From NCBI GenBank assembly GCA_001823695.1, contig MHVD01000002.1:15215-79214 (forward strand): a DNA stretch of 64,000 bases, written 5' to 3'. The translations under genes and the position numbers were made by a program. Below the pieces are notes generated by a model. The model was not told the origin of the DNA. It ran no database searches and saw nothing but the letters and a program-made list of their open reading frames with translations. Source of the stretch: Candidatus Zambryskibacteria bacterium RIFCSPHIGHO2_01_FULL_43_25 (GTDB lineage: Bacteria; Patescibacteriota; Minisyncoccia; Phycocordibacterales; Zambryskibacteraceae). Positions 46,569 to 56,584 of the stretch are shown in pieces. Positions within the stretch are counted from its first letter, which is position 1; every line of letters starts with the position of its first letter.

Positions 46569-49500
46569 ATGAGCACAACAAAAACAACCAGGCGGGAAAA
46601 GAAGTATTTCGGCAAATTCAAAAAGCCGTTTGTTCCCGTATCCAATCTGGTTACGACTCAAGTTGAGTCATTTAAGTGGTTGATAGAAAAAGGCCTCAAG
46701 GAAGTCTTCAGCGAGTTTTCTTCAATCAAGGATTTCTCCGAAAAGAAGTTCACTCTGGACTTTGCGAGTTTTGAGCTGACGGAGCCGAAATACGACGAGT
46801 ATTACGCCAAGGACAACAAGCTTACATACGAGGCTCCACTTAAGGTCAAGGTCAAACTCACCAATCATATTCTAAAGACGGAAAGGGAGCAGGAGATATT
46901 CATGGCCGATTTCCCGCTGATGACCGGTCACGGCAGTTTCATAATTTCGGGAATTGAGAGAGTCGTAGTACCCCAGCTGGCGCGATCTTTCGGCGTATTT
47001 TTCACCAGCCAGATGATTCGCGGCCGAGAGATGTTTGGCGCAAAAATCATTCCTTCAAGAGGCGCCTGGATAGAGTTTGAGTCGGACCTTGAAGGCGCTA
47101 TTTTCGTCCGTATAGACAAAAAGAGGAAATTTGCGGCAAGCTCTCTTCTGCGGGCTTTTGGCTCCGTTGATGACAAGGAAATTGTCGCTTTGTTCAAGAA
47201 TGTTTCCGGCGGCAAGGTTGCTATGGAGAAAACTCTGGCAAAAGATCACGCCAAGACTTCGGATGAATCCTTTGTTGAAATATATAAACGCTTGCGTGAT
47301 GGCGACCTTGCCAACGTTGACAATGCTATTGAATTTTTCAAGTCGATATTCTCAAGCGAAAGGTATGACCTCTCCAAAGTCGGCAGGTTCCGATTCAACA
47401 GCCGCTTCGGCAAAAATATGGGCGCGAAAGAACTGGAAAGACGAACCATATCTCTCGACGATATCGTTACGATAATCTCCCACATAATAACCCTAAACAA
47501 TACTCCCGAGGCAATGGCGGACGATATAGACCACCTGGGTTCAAGGCGAGTTCGTTCAGTCGGCGAGATGTTCCAGCAGAAAATCAGGGTTGGCATGGCT
47601 CAGATAAAGCGCAATATTCAAAACAGGATGTCTGTCGTTGACACCGATGTCACACTGCCGGTCCAGTTCATAAGCCCCAAACCTCTGCAGGCGAGAATCA
47701 AAGAATTTTTCACCACCAACCAGCTGTCGCAGTTTATGCAACAGACCAACGCCCTTGAGGAAATAGAGCACCTACGCACCCTCTCTGCCCTTGGTCCCGG
47801 CGGATTAACCAGGGCCAGAGCCGGTTTTGAAGTCAGAGACGTACATCCTTCCCACTACGGCAGACTCTGCCCGATACAAACTCCAGAAGGTCCGAACATC
47901 GGCTTGATTCTGCGTTTGACCGTTCACGCCCGGGTAAATGACTTCGGAATGATAGAAACTCCGTATGTGAAAGTAGAAGACGGGAAAATCACGGGCAAAA
48001 TAGAATATCTTAACGCTCTGGAAGAAGAAGACTCCTTTATTGCTCATGCGGCCACTCCCTACGATGAAGAGGGGAATATCACAGTTTCAAATGTTGAAGT
48101 CAGACATTCCAGGAAGCCGACTTCAGTACCAAAATCAAAAGTCAATTACATAGACGTATCAACCAACCAAGCGTTCTCAATAGCCACTGGACTCATTCCT
48201 TTCCTTGAGCACGATGACGCCAACAGAGCTCTCATGGGATCAAACATGCAGAAACAGGCAACGCCGTGCATAATCCCCGAAGCTCCGGTAGTGGCCACGG
48301 GGGTGGAAGAAATCGCGGTCAGAGATACAGGCAGACTCGTATTTTCCGAAGAAGAAGGCACGGTTTCTTATGTTGACGGCCAGAAAATAAAAGTAAAAAA
48401 CAGCAAAGGCAAAGAGAAGGAATACAAGCTGATTAACTTTTCAAGAACAAATGGCTTCACCGCATTCCATCAGAGGCCGGCGGTTGAATTGGGAGAAAAG
48501 GTCAAAAAGGGCTCTCTCTTGGCCGATACATCTTCAAGCGACAAGGGGCAGATGGCGCTGGGGCAGAACATTCTCATTGCTTTTCTTTCATGGTCAGGAG
48601 CGAATTATGAAGACGCAATAATCGTTTCTGAAAAACTGGTAAAAGAGAGCAAGTTTTCAAGCATTCACATAGAAGAATTCGTAGTCAACGTCCGCGATAC
48701 CAAGCTTGGACCGGAAGTTACCACCTGTGATATTCCCAATGTCGGAGAGACGAAGCTAAAAAATCTGGACGAAGAAGGCATCGTCAGAATCGGCGCTGAA
48801 GTCAGACCGGGCGACATTTTGGTCGGGAAAATTACTCCAAAGGGCGAAACCCAGCTTACACCGGAAGAACGTCTGTTGCGTTCGCTTTTCGGCGAAAAGG
48901 CCCGCGACGTGAAGGATACTTCAAAGAGGATGGAAGGCGGCAAGCGTGGAAGAGTTATAGACGTTCAAGTCTTTTCAAGAGAAAAAGGCGATAAGCTTGA
49001 ATCGGGAATCATCAAGAGAATTCATATAGAAGTCGCCCAACTGCGGCACGTATCGGTAGGCGACAAGCTTGCCGGCAGACACGGCAACAAGGGCGTCATA
49101 TCAAAAATCCTTCCGGTTGAAGATATGCCTTATATGGCCGACGGCACGCCGATTGACATCATCCTTACTCCTCTGGGCGTGCCCTCAAGAATGAACCTCG
49201 GCCAGATTCTTGAAATGCATCTAGGTCTGGCGGCTCACACTCTGAATTATCAAGCGATAGTCCCGCCATTTTCCGGAGCCACTGATTCGGAAATAAAAGA
49301 TGAGCTGAAAAAAGCCGGCTGGAGCGAAAACGGCAAAATTCCGCTTTTTGACGGCAGAACAGGACGCAAATTTGACCAAGATGTGGCAGTCGGATATATG
49401 TACATTCTTAAACTTCACCACATGGTTGAAGACAAAATTCATATGCGCTCTATCGGCCCCTATTCTCTCATTACTCAACAGCCGCTGGGCGGTAAAGCAC

Positions 49501-49775
49501 AGGGCGGAGGGCAGAGATTTGGAGAAATGGAAGTTTGGGCGCTTTTGGGACACGGAACGGCTTATACTCTTCAGGAAATGCTCACCATAAAGTCTGACGA
49601 CATTGTCGGGCGTTCGGTTGCTTTTGACGCGATTGTCAAAGGCGAGCGCATTCCGGAATCCCATTCTCCGGCCGCCTTCAACGTCTTGCTCAACAACCTG
49701 CGGGCGCTTCTGATTGATGTTGATCCGAAAATCGCCAAAGAGGCCGAAGATTTAGAAGCGGAAGAAGAAAAATAA
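46569..49775 (+). CDS. rpoB: DNA-directed RNA polymerase subunit beta (compact, 1068 aa)
   Basis: Conserved beta blocks throughout, e.g. GRHGNKGVISKI and PFSGATD. Confidence 0.95.
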   Translation: MSTTKTTRREKKYFGKFKKPFVPVSNLVTTQVESFKWLIEKGLKEVFSEFSSIKDFSEKKFTLDFASFELTEPKYDEYYAKDNKLTYEAPLKVKVKLTNHILKTEREQEIFMADFPLMTGHGSFIISGIERVVVPQLARSFGVFFTSQMIRGREMFGAKIIPSRGAWIEFESDLEGAIFVRIDKKRKFAASSLLRAFGSVDDKEIVALFKNVSGGKVAMEKTLAKDHAKTSDESFVEIYKRLRDGDLANVDNAIEFFKSIFSSERYDLSKVGRFRFNSRFGKNMGAKELERRTISLDDIVTIISHIITLNNTPEAMADDIDHLGSRRVRSVGEMFQQKIRVGMAQIKRNIQNRMSVVDTDVTLPVQFISPKPLQARIKEFFTTNQLSQFMQQTNALEEIEHLRTLSALGPGGLTRARAGFEVRDVHPSHYGRLCPIQTPEGPNIGLILRLTVHARVNDFGMIETPYVKVEDGKITGKIEYLNALEEEDSFIAHAATPYDEEGNITVSNVEVRHSRKPTSVPKSKVNYIDVSTNQAFSIATGLIPFLEHDDANRALMGSNMQKQATPCIIPEAPVVATGVEEIAVRDTGRLVFSEEEGTVSYVDGQKIKVKNSKGKEKEYKLINFSRTNGFTAFHQRPAVELGEKVKKGSLLADTSSSDKGQMALGQNILIAFLSWSGANYEDAIIVSEKLVKESKFSSIHIEEFVVNVRDTKLGPEVTTCDIPNVGETKLKNLDEEGIVRIGAEVRPGDILVGKITPKGETQLTPEERLLRSLFGEKARDVKDTSKRMEGGKRGRVIDVQVFSREKGDKLESGIIKRIHIEVAQLRHVSVGDKLAGRHGNKGVISKILPVEDMPYMADGTPIDIILTPLGVPSRMNLGQILEMHLGLAAHTLNYQAIVPPFSGATDSEIKDELKKAGWSENGKIPLFDGRTGRKFDQDVAVGYMYILKLHHMVEDKIHMRSIGPYSLITQQPLGGKAQGGGQRFGEMEVWALLGHGTAYTLQEMLTIKSDDIVGRSVAFDAIVKGERIPESHSPAAFNVLLNNLRALLIDVDPKIAKEAEDLEAEEEK

Positions 49776-49785
49776 TTTTACTACC

Positions 49786-52700
49786 ATGAGACAAAGACGA
49801 GACGACAACAATTTCAGCTCAATCGGCATTAGAATTGCCTCTCCGGAGAGGATAAAGGAGTGGTCTTTCGGCGAGGTTACCAAGCCCGAGACCATAAACT
49901 ACAGAACCCAGAGAAGCGAGAGGAACGGATTGTTTGACGAAAAAATTTTTGGTCCCGACAAGGATTATGAATGCTACTGCGGCAAATACAGAGGGATCAG
50001 ATACAAAGGAATAGTTTGCGAAAAATGCGGCGTTGAAATTACCCGCTCTATTGTCCGTCGTGAAAGAATGGGCCACATAGAGCTTGCCACGCCGGTCTGC
50101 CACATCTGGTTTTTGAAAAGCATGCCTTCGCGTCTGGCTCTGCTTATGGGCATACCAGCCAATGATTTGGAAAAGGTAATATACTTTGCCGGATACATAA
50201 TCACCAAAGTTTCGCAGGAAGAAAAGCAAAGAGTGCTTCGCGACCTTGACTCCGAGTTCAAATCAAAGGTCAAAGCCCTGTCTGACGAAAAGTCAAAGGA
50301 GTCACTGCGGGAACTCTTGCTCATTACCAAGCGCGACATTGAAAGCATCGTAGAAGGAAGGGTGATAGACGAAGTTGAATATCACAACTACTCGGTCAAA
50401 TACGGTTCAATGTTTGAAGCTGGAATCGGCGCCGAAGCAATCTACAACATTCTCCGCAATATTGACCTCCATAAACTGATGGGAGAGCTGTCAGCCAGTC
50501 TTGAAAAAGCATCTTCTCTGGAAACGCCGAAAATCCAAAAGAGGATGAACTTAGTTGAACAGCTTATCAATTCAAACACTCGTCCCGAGTGGATGTTTAT
50601 CATGCGTATTCCGGTTATGCCGCCGGCTCTCCGGCCGATGGTGCCTCTCGATGGAGGCAGATATGCGACATCCGACGTCAATGACCTCTACAGGAGGGTT
50701 ATCAACAGAAACAACCGCTTGAAAAAACTCAAGGAGATAAATGCTCCGGACGTCATATTGCGCAACGAAAAAAGAATTTTACAGGAAGCTGTTGACGCTC
50801 TGATTGATAATTCTATACGCCACGGAAACGCCATATCAGCCGGTGTAAGCCAAGCCCAGCGTCGGCCTCTGAAATCACTTGCTGACAATCTGAAAGGCAA
50901 AAGAGGGCTTTTCAGGCAAAATCTTCTTGGCAAAAGAGTTGATTACTCCGGAAGGTCTGTTATTGTCGTCGGTCCCGATTTGAAAATGCACGAGTGCGGC
51001 CTACCCAAACATATGGCTCTTGAGTTATTCCGTCCTTTTGTCATTTCGCAACTTCTAAAGAAAGAACTGGCATACAACATTCGCGGAGCCAACCGTCTGA
51101 TAGAAGAGGGGATTCCGGAGGTTTGGGCGATACTGGAAGATGTTATCAAGGATAAATATGTCTTGCTCAACAGAGCTCCTACTCTTCACCGTCTCGGTAT
51201 TCAAGCTTTCAAGCCGGTGCTTATAGAAGGCAACGCCATCCAAGTTCATCCGCTGGTTTGCACGGCCTTCAACGCCGACTTTGACGGAGATCAAATGGCG
51301 GTGCACGTTCCGCTGTCGGAGGAAGCCCAGCTTGAAGCCCGCGAAATAATGGCTTCGGACAAAAATATTCTCAAACCGGGAAGCGGCGACCCGACCATTT
51401 CGGCAAAAATGCTGGACATTGTCTTGGGCTGTTACTGGATGACTAAATCGGTTACAGGCGAGAAAGGAGAAGGAAGGATTTTCCACAATCCGAACAGCGC
51501 CATTACCGCGCACGACTTCGGCGAAGTCAGCCACCGCGCAGCCATAAAGGTTATGGGCACTGACAACCAGAAATATTCTCAGTTTGGAGGCAAACTCTTT
51601 GAAACCACAATCGGCCGACTTCTGTTCAATAGCGTATTGCCGAGCGACTATCCGTTTATAAACCAGGAAATTGAGAGAAAGAAAATATCTTCTTTGGTTG
51701 ACGATCTGATAGAACGCTATGGAGTTGATAAAGTTCCGGCGATTCTTGATAAGATAAAAAACTTTGGCTTCCGCTATGCCACTTACTCTGGTATTACTTG
51801 GGGTATTGATGATGTGAAGATTCCTTCAGGCAAAACGGAGGTGGTCAAGAAGGCGAAAATCAAAGCCGACGAGGTTAATGACCAGTACCGTTCCGGACTT
51901 TTGTCGGAAGAAGAAAGGGCTCGCAAACGTACCGAAATCTGGCACGCCGCCAAAGCCGAAGTGGAGAAACTAGTGCCCGACGCCCTTGATAAAAACAGTT
52001 CAGTCTATGACATGCTTAAGTCTGGCGCCAGAGGTTCTGTAAGCCAGCTTACCCAAATGGCCGGCATGAAAGGGTTGATAACCAATACAGCAGGCGAAAC
52101 GATTGATTTCCCCATAGTTTCCTGTAGCAAGGAGGGTTTGACTCCTCTTGAGTATTTCATTACCACTCACGGTTCGCGCAAGGGTCTTACCGATACCGCC
52201 CTAAACACCGCCAAAGCGGGCTATCTTACCAGGCGTCTCTTTGATGTGGCCCAGGATGCCATTGTTACGGAAGAAGATTGCGGAACGAAAGAAGGAATTG
52301 TAATAAGTTCGCACAACGCGGTGGGGATTGAAGCGTCACTGCAGAAGAATATAAAGGGAAGATTTCTGGCCACTGATGTTTTGGACCAATCCGGCAAGGT
52401 CTTATTTGAAAAAGGTCATTTCCTTTCGAAAAATGACGCGTTGGCGATAGAGAATGCCGGGGTCAAGGAAATTAAAGTCAGGTCTCCTCTGACATGCCAT
52501 AGCTCGCGAGGAGTTTGCGTCAAATGTTACGGAGCCGATTTGGGCAAGCATAAAGTCATTGATCTCGGAGAAGCCGTGGGAACCATCGCGGCTCAAGCCA
52601 TCGGCGAACCGGGAACCCAGCTTACGATGAGAACATTCCATGCTGGAGGGACCGCCTCTATCGGCGGCGACATTACGCTTGGTCTGCCTAGAGTTGAAGA

Positions 52701-53448
52701 AGTGTTTGAAAACCGAAGGCCCAAAAACCCTGCTGTAGTGAGCCATGTTGAAGGAATAGTTACCAACATTGTTCAAGACGGCAGTGAAAAGAAAATCCTA
52801 ATAGCTTCGGAGAAAAGCGCCAAGGGCAAAGAGTCCGTGGAGTACGCAGTACCGGTGCACAGGATGATTTCTGTGAAAAAAGGCGATAGCGTATCACGTG
52901 GTGAAATACTGACCGACGGATCAGTTGATGTTGACGAATTATTCAGATACGCGGGCAAAGAAGCGGCTCAAAACTACATCATTAGAGAAATATCAAAACC
53001 TTACGAACTTCAAGGCGAAAGCGTGTCGCGCAAACATATTGAAGTTATCGTTAAGCAGATGTTTTCCCGCAGAAAAATCAAGGACTCTGGAGACACCAGT
53101 CTTAACAAAGGTGAAGTTGTCGGTATGAGCGAACTTGTAGTGGAGAACGAAAAAGCCAAGGAGGCGGGTGGAGCTGAAGCAAAGGCCGATGAGGTGCTGA
53201 TGGGAATTACGGAAGTTTCCCTAAATCGCAGAAGTTTCTTGTCTGCCGCCTCTTTCCAGCATACAACTAGGGTGCTCATAGCGACTGCTATTCGCGGGGT
53301 TGATGACAAGCTGGTCGGCCTGAAAGAGAATGTCATAATCGGGAGATTGATTCCAGCAGGTACGGGGTTTGACGGCAGTCCGAAAAAGCAATTGATAAGC
53401 GACCTGCAGAAAGAGCTGGACAGAGAAGACAGAGAGGGGAATCTTTAA
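49786..53448 (+). CDS. rpoC: DNA-directed RNA polymerase subunit beta'
   Basis: Zinc finger CGVEITRS, NADFDGDQMAVHVPLS catalytic loop, and trigger-loop region. Confidence 0.95.
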   Translation: MRQRRDDNNFSSIGIRIASPERIKEWSFGEVTKPETINYRTQRSERNGLFDEKIFGPDKDYECYCGKYRGIRYKGIVCEKCGVEITRSIVRRERMGHIELATPVCHIWFLKSMPSRLALLMGIPANDLEKVIYFAGYIITKVSQEEKQRVLRDLDSEFKSKVKALSDEKSKESLRELLLITKRDIESIVEGRVIDEVEYHNYSVKYGSMFEAGIGAEAIYNILRNIDLHKLMGELSASLEKASSLETPKIQKRMNLVEQLINSNTRPEWMFIMRIPVMPPALRPMVPLDGGRYATSDVNDLYRRVINRNNRLKKLKEINAPDVILRNEKRILQEAVDALIDNSIRHGNAISAGVSQAQRRPLKSLADNLKGKRGLFRQNLLGKRVDYSGRSVIVVGPDLKMHECGLPKHMALELFRPFVISQLLKKELAYNIRGANRLIEEGIPEVWAILEDVIKDKYVLLNRAPTLHRLGIQAFKPVLIEGNAIQVHPLVCTAFNADFDGDQMAVHVPLSEEAQLEAREIMASDKNILKPGSGDPTISAKMLDIVLGCYWMTKSVTGEKGEGRIFHNPNSAITAHDFGEVSHRAAIKVMGTDNQKYSQFGGKLFETTIGRLLFNSVLPSDYPFINQEIERKKISSLVDDLIERYGVDKVPAILDKIKNFGFRYATYSGITWGIDDVKIPSGKTEVVKKAKIKADEVNDQYRSGLLSEEERARKRTEIWHAAKAEVEKLVPDALDKNSSVYDMLKSGARGSVSQLTQMAGMKGLITNTAGETIDFPIVSCSKEGLTPLEYFITTHGSRKGLTDTALNTAKAGYLTRRLFDVAQDAIVTEEDCGTKEGIVISSHNAVGIEASLQKNIKGRFLATDVLDQSGKVLFEKGHFLSKNDALAIENAGVKEIKVRSPLTCHSSRGVCVKCYGADLGKHKVIDLGEAVGTIAAQAIGEPGTQLTMRTFHAGGTASIGGDITLGLPRVEEVFENRRPKNPAVVSHVEGIVTNIVQDGSEKKILIASEKSAKGKESVEYAVPVHRMISVKKGDSVSRGEILTDGSVDVDELFRYAGKEAAQNYIIREISKPYELQGESVSRKHIEVIVKQMFSRRKIKDSGDTSLNKGEVVGMSELVVENEKAKEAGGAEAKADEVLMGITEVSLNRRSFLSAASFQHTTRVLIATAIRGVDDKLVGLKENVIIGRLIPAGTGFDGSPKKQLISDLQKELDREDREGNL

Positions 53449-53493
53449 TTGTTCCAAAAGGGCGGGTTTTGGTTTGATTAGCGCAAGAATCTT

Positions 53494-55218
53494 ATGCCAT
53501 CCCCAGTAGAACAAATAAAAGAGCGTCTTGATATTGCTGAAGTCATCGGCTCTTATATAAAACTTGAAAAGGCGGGCGGCAACTTCAAGGCGAAGTGTCC
53601 TTTCCACAACGAAAAAACACCATCATTCTTCGTGTCTCCCGATCGGGGAACTTATTATTGTTTTGGCTGTGGGGCAAAGGGCGACATTTTCACCTTTATT
53701 CAGGAATTTGAAGGAGTTGACTTCCCCGAAGCGTTGAAAATGCTTGCTGAAAGAGCAGGAGTGAAATTATCTGACCGGAAAAACGTCAACTACAAGGAAC
53801 ACTCCGAACTTTATGGAATACTCGCCGAAGCGGCGGAATTCTTTGTCAAGAATTTGAAAGACAATCCTAAAGCTCGGAAGTATCTGCTCAATCGCGGCCT
53901 GAAAGAAAAAACCATAGAAGATTGGCAAATTGGTTTTGCGCCAGACGAATGGCGTTCCCTGTTTGAATATTTCAAGGCGAAAAATGTGAGTGACGAGAAA
54001 CTTCTTGCCGCCGGACTTATAAAGAAGACATCGGAAGATGGCAAGAGAGAAACTTTCTACGATGTTTTCAGGGGACGGATTATGTTTCCGATTTCAGACA
54101 GCAGAGGCAAGATAGTCGGTTTTAGCGGAAGGATTTTAGTAGCCACTGACAAAGCGCCCAAATACGTGAACAGTCCGGAAACTGCGATTTTCAAAAAATC
54201 AGAAATATTGTATGGCCTCGATAGGGCCAAAAAAGAAATCAGACGCATGGATTATTCAATCTTGGTGGAAGGACAGATGGATTTGCTCATGGCGCACCAA
54301 GAGGGCTTTGCCAACGCAGTCGCCTCTTCGGGAACAGCTTTTACCGAAAACCACATTCTTCGCCTGAAGCGCCTGTCAGGAAGGATAATAATGGCTTTTG
54401 ATGCTGACAGCGCCGGCTTTCAGGCGGCGAAGAAGAGCGCGGAGCTGTCTTTGTCGCTGGGTATGGAAGTCAAGATCGCCCCACTGCCCAAAGGCACCGA
54501 TCCAGCCGAGCTCATAAAATCAGACCTGTCTGGCTGGCGGGACTGCTTGAAAAATTCAAAACACATCATTGACCACTATCTTGATACTCTGCTCACTTCC
54601 GGCATAAGCGGCAGAAATTTGGCCAAAGAGATAAAACTGAATGTCTTGCCGATTGTTGGACTTCTGCCAAGTTCGATAGACAAATCGCACTTTGTCTCCC
54701 AAATTGCAAAAAAGAGCGGACTTAGGGAAGATGCGATCTGGCAAGATTTGAAAATTACCGCCGAGTCGGGCATGTCTCAAGATATGGAGGACGGGCTGGA
54801 AGAATTAAGCCACCACAGAAACCATATAATAAGGAAGCTTGTAGGGATTCTGCTGTGGCAGGAAGGATCTGCGATAAAAAATATTGATGTGGAAGATTTG
54901 GGAGAGAACATTAAAAGAGTTTTGGGTTCGGAGAATTTTTATAAACTTTATAAACAATATGGCGACAATCGCGAGGAGCTCGTATTTGAAGTTGAAAATT
55001 ATTACGGCGACGGGTCAATTTTGGAAAGGGATTTATCGGAGCTTCTGGTTCATTTTGAAGAGGACGCACTTAAGGAGCGTTTGGTGTCCGCAATGAGGGA
55101 GCTTCAGGTGTCTGAGGAGAGGAAGGATGAAGGGCGGTCAGCGGAACTGCTTTCTGTCTGCCAGTCAATCTCCGAACGGCTTGCAGAATTATCAAAAAAA
55201 TCAAAGGCGTCGTTTTGA
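53494..55218 (+). CDS. dnaG: DNA primase
   Basis: CPFHNEKTPSF...YCFGCGAKGD zinc ribbon and TOPRIM EGQMDLL. Confidence 0.9.
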   Translation: MPSPVEQIKERLDIAEVIGSYIKLEKAGGNFKAKCPFHNEKTPSFFVSPDRGTYYCFGCGAKGDIFTFIQEFEGVDFPEALKMLAERAGVKLSDRKNVNYKEHSELYGILAEAAEFFVKNLKDNPKARKYLLNRGLKEKTIEDWQIGFAPDEWRSLFEYFKAKNVSDEKLLAAGLIKKTSEDGKRETFYDVFRGRIMFPISDSRGKIVGFSGRILVATDKAPKYVNSPETAIFKKSEILYGLDRAKKEIRRMDYSILVEGQMDLLMAHQEGFANAVASSGTAFTENHILRLKRLSGRIIMAFDADSAGFQAAKKSAELSLSLGMEVKIAPLPKGTDPAELIKSDLSGWRDCLKNSKHIIDHYLDTLLTSGISGRNLAKEIKLNVLPIVGLLPSSIDKSHFVSQIAKKSGLREDAIWQDLKITAESGMSQDMEDGLEELSHHRNHIIRKLVGILLWQEGSAIKNIDVEDLGENIKRVLGSENFYKLYKQYGDNREELVFEVENYYGDGSILERDLSELLVHFEEDALKERLVSAMRELQVSEERKDEGRSAELLSVCQSISERLAELSKKSKASF

Positions 55219-55260
55219 CGGCTTTGGCGCGGTTGCTTAAAATTTTAAAAATTTAAACAT

Positions 55261-56541
55261 ATGGCAAAGAAAAAACAAAAAAAGGTAAAGTCGAGGTCAA
55301 AAAAAGCTTTAAGAAAAAAGAGAGCCAATTCTTCCAAAAGAAAAATCAGGGCCAAGACGAAATACCAAAGCAGGAAACGACAGAAGAAAACAAAGGTCTC
55401 GAAAGCCAAGACGAAGAAATCCTTTGTCGTGATTCCCAAGAAACTTTCCGCCAAAGCCGCCAAGAAAGCCGAAGAGATACAGCACAAGGTTGACCTGCTT
55501 ATGTCCAAGGGCAAAGAAAGGGGTTTCATAACCTATGATGAAATTCTCAGACAATTTCCGACCGTAGAGGAAGACATTCTCTTTCTTGAGGATTTGTATG
55601 CACAACTAGCCGTGTCGGGGATTGATGTGCTGGAGGGTGGCGGGTTACTTGAAATTCCCGAAGAGAAAGAAGCCAGCAAAAAATTTGAATACGGACGGAG
55701 CGATTCCTCGTACGACTCTATCCAGATTTATCTTAAGGAAATCGGCCAGTATCCGCTTATTACCGGCGGAATGGAGAAAGAACTGGCCAAGAGAATAGAA
55801 GCAGGGGATGAAGAAGCCAAAAATTTGCTGGCTCGGGCAAACCTGCGTCTAGTTGTGTCTATCGCCAAGAAATATGTCGGCAGAAGCCCGGACCTTACCT
55901 TGCTTGACCTCATACAAGAAGGCAATCTGGGCCTCTTCAAGGCGGTTGATAAATTTGATTGGACCAAGGGCTATAAATTCTCTACCTACGCCACTTGGTG
56001 GATCAGGCAGGCCATAACCAGAGCGCTGGCCGACCAATCTCGAACTATTCGTGTGCCGGTCCACATGGTTGAAACCATCACGAAATACAAACAGGTTGTG
56101 AGGCGGCTTACCCAAGACCTGGGCCGCGATCCTCTGCCTGAAGAAGTGGCGACAGAAATGAATCTGGATGTGGAGAAAGTATATCAAATTGAAAAGATAG
56201 ACCAGTCCACGGTTTCTCTTGAAAGCCCGATTGGAGATGACAACGATGACGGCAAAAGTAAATTGGGCGATTTTCTGTCCGATGACAAACTGCTTTCTCC
56301 CGACCAGGAATCTTCCCGCCGGATTGTCGCCGACCAGGTCAAGGAAATTCTAAACGACCTGCCGATAAAAGAGCGCCAGATTCTTGAAATGCGCCACGGG
56401 TTGGTTGACGGCATCACTCATACGCTGGAGGAAGTAGGCAAGGTGTTTGGCGTTACCAGAGAGCGAATCAGGCAGATTGAAGCCAAAGCGCACGAAAAAA
56501 TCCGCCAGCATGAGAAAATCAATCGTTTAAGGAATTACTAA
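55261..56541 (+). CDS. rpoD: RNA polymerase primary sigma factor with Lys-rich N-terminal extension
   Basis: Regions 1.2-4.2, including [18 protein letters not shown] and [20 protein letters not shown]. Confidence 0.9.
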   Translation: MAKKKQKKVKSRSKKALRKKRANSSKRKIRAKTKYQSRKRQKKTKVSKAKTKKSFVVIPKKLSAKAAKKAEEIQHKVDLLMSKGKERGFITYDEILRQFPTVEEDILFLEDLYAQLAVSGIDVLEGGGLLEIPEEKEASKKFEYGRSDSSYDSIQIYLKEIGQYPLITGGMEKELAKRIEAGDEEAKNLLARANLRLVVSIAKKYVGRSPDLTLLDLIQEGNLGLFKAVDKFDWTKGYKFSTYATWWIRQAITRALADQSRTIRVPVHMVETITKYKQVVRRLTQDLGRDPLPEEVATEMNLDVEKVYQIEKIDQSTVSLESPIGDDNDDGKSKLGDFLSDDKLLSPDQESSRRIVADQVKEILNDLPIKERQILEMRHGLVDGITHTLEEVGKVFGVTRERIRQIEAKAHEKIRQHEKINRLRNY

Positions 56542-56584
56542 TTTTGAAAATCAGCAACTTTAACTGCTGTGATACAATTTCCTT